This document shows positions 63,255 to 64,000 of a DNA stretch of 64,000 nucleotides, in pieces. The stretch is from Mactra antiquata (lineage: Eukaryota). Position 1 is the first letter of the stretch. Every line of letters starts with the position of its first letter. The stretch spans positions 3,789,510-3,853,509 of the forward strand of contig CM103826.1 in the NCBI GenBank assembly GCA_047288015.1, given 5' to 3'. A program made the position numbers and the translations under genes. The notes under the pieces were generated by a model. That model ran no database searches. It had not been told where the DNA came from and saw nothing but the letters and a program-made list of their open reading frames with translations.

Positions 63255-63455
63255 TTATCTAGTTTGCCTGGCCACTTTTCTTTTACTAATACAAGTACCC
63301 CTTTAATATGGAACCCGCAACTACTTTATACACGCATAAAAATCAATATACTGGTGGACTTTTCATGGAAGGGTAGGATCTACTGTGGCCGGGAATCGGA
63401 CCTGGCAGATGCGAACGCGAGCGTGCTAAATATTGCACCGCGTCCGCGGCTAAGC
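63255..63455 (-). mobile_element. Diverged family B/C-like SINE.
   Basis: Head reverse complement GCCGCGGACGCGGTGCAATATTTAGCACGCTCGCGTTCGCATCTGCCAGGTCCGATTCCCGGCCACAG, with body TTTTCATGGAAGGGTAGGA... Confidence 0.5.
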
Positions 63456-64000
63456 TTTGAGTAATTTGAAACACTTTGTGTTGTGTGAAATTATTGTAAT
63501 ATTCTCTAACGCAGTGTTAGTTGAATCGAATTCTTCGGGAACAAGATACATTCCTAATGCAGTCTCTGGCCACCAAAAATGTAATTCTGATCTCTATTTT
63601 TCTATTCTTTAAATAATTTTGAAAATTTCAGAGAGACCAATCCACGTCTCCATTTGTGGCATTTATTTCCTTTTTTTCGTCATCATGACAATACAATACT
63701 TTGCCCCCCTCAGTGTGACTATTAAAGGAGAATAGCTTAATTAAAGCAAAGTGCGCGTGTACTTGCTTTATGAACAATGCAATGTTCTTTTAAATTACAA
63801 ATTTGATTGTACTAGTGATTTATAGCTGAAGCAATCTATTGACTTTCTGAACTTCTTTAGTAAAGACTTAAGAAAACAAACATGTCAAATAAATGAGAAT
63901 ATTCAAATGATTGAAGGTTATTTGCGATGACAAGTTAAAGTCCACCATGTGTGAGGGATAATCTCAAAGTCAAAATTTCTCCCATATAAGTCAAAGTAAT

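Overview
This window is eukaryotic nuclear DNA, not prokaryotic. It is about 65% AT and has no long ORF, but it does carry canonical GT-AG splice sites, tRNA-derived SINEs, a 5'-truncated LINE, Tc1/mariner-type MITEs and many mini- and microsatellites. The repeat content suggests a marine invertebrate, possibly a mollusc, but I cannot place the organism from sequence alone. There is no operon, CRISPR array, phage or defence island. The undescribed content is repeat architecture and two fragmentary genes.

The window has two parts.

(1) About 0.3-41.8 kb is a degenerate higher-order tandem array, in effect a stack of segmental duplications. Multi-kb units of roughly 4.3-9.2 kb recur at about 60-85% identity. 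Example paralogous blocks are 300-2700 with 8690-10800; 3860-6400 with 13140-15560; 15280-16100 with 18060-18640 and 22680-24020; 19790-21010 with 24050-25260; and 26990-31100 with 31950-37400 and 39260-41780. The array has been repeatedly invaded by SINEs and by one LINE 3' fragment. It also contains a 53-bp minisatellite whose copy number differs between paralogous units.

(2) About 41.8-64 kb is less repetitive and carries exons of two minus-strand genes. One is a MAGE-homology-domain gene with exons at 48872-49049 and 50616-50698. The other encodes a secreted-type protein with tandem EGF-like exons at 59138-59284 and 59958-60089, preceded by a signal-peptide-like exon at 61226-61304. All of these have GT-AG boundaries, and the EGF exons are phase 1-1.

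At least three tRNA-derived SINE families, more than 30 copies in total, use different tRNA-like heads but share a conserved roughly 50-bp 3' module ending ...ACG(G/A)CGTTAAACCC. Several copies are demonstrably recent: they have target-site duplications, and paralogous empty sites are present in the same window. The tRNA-like sequences are SINE heads, not tRNA genes. The largest listed ORF, 142 aa at 50608-51036, is a microsatellite translation artefact fused to the real MAGE exon.
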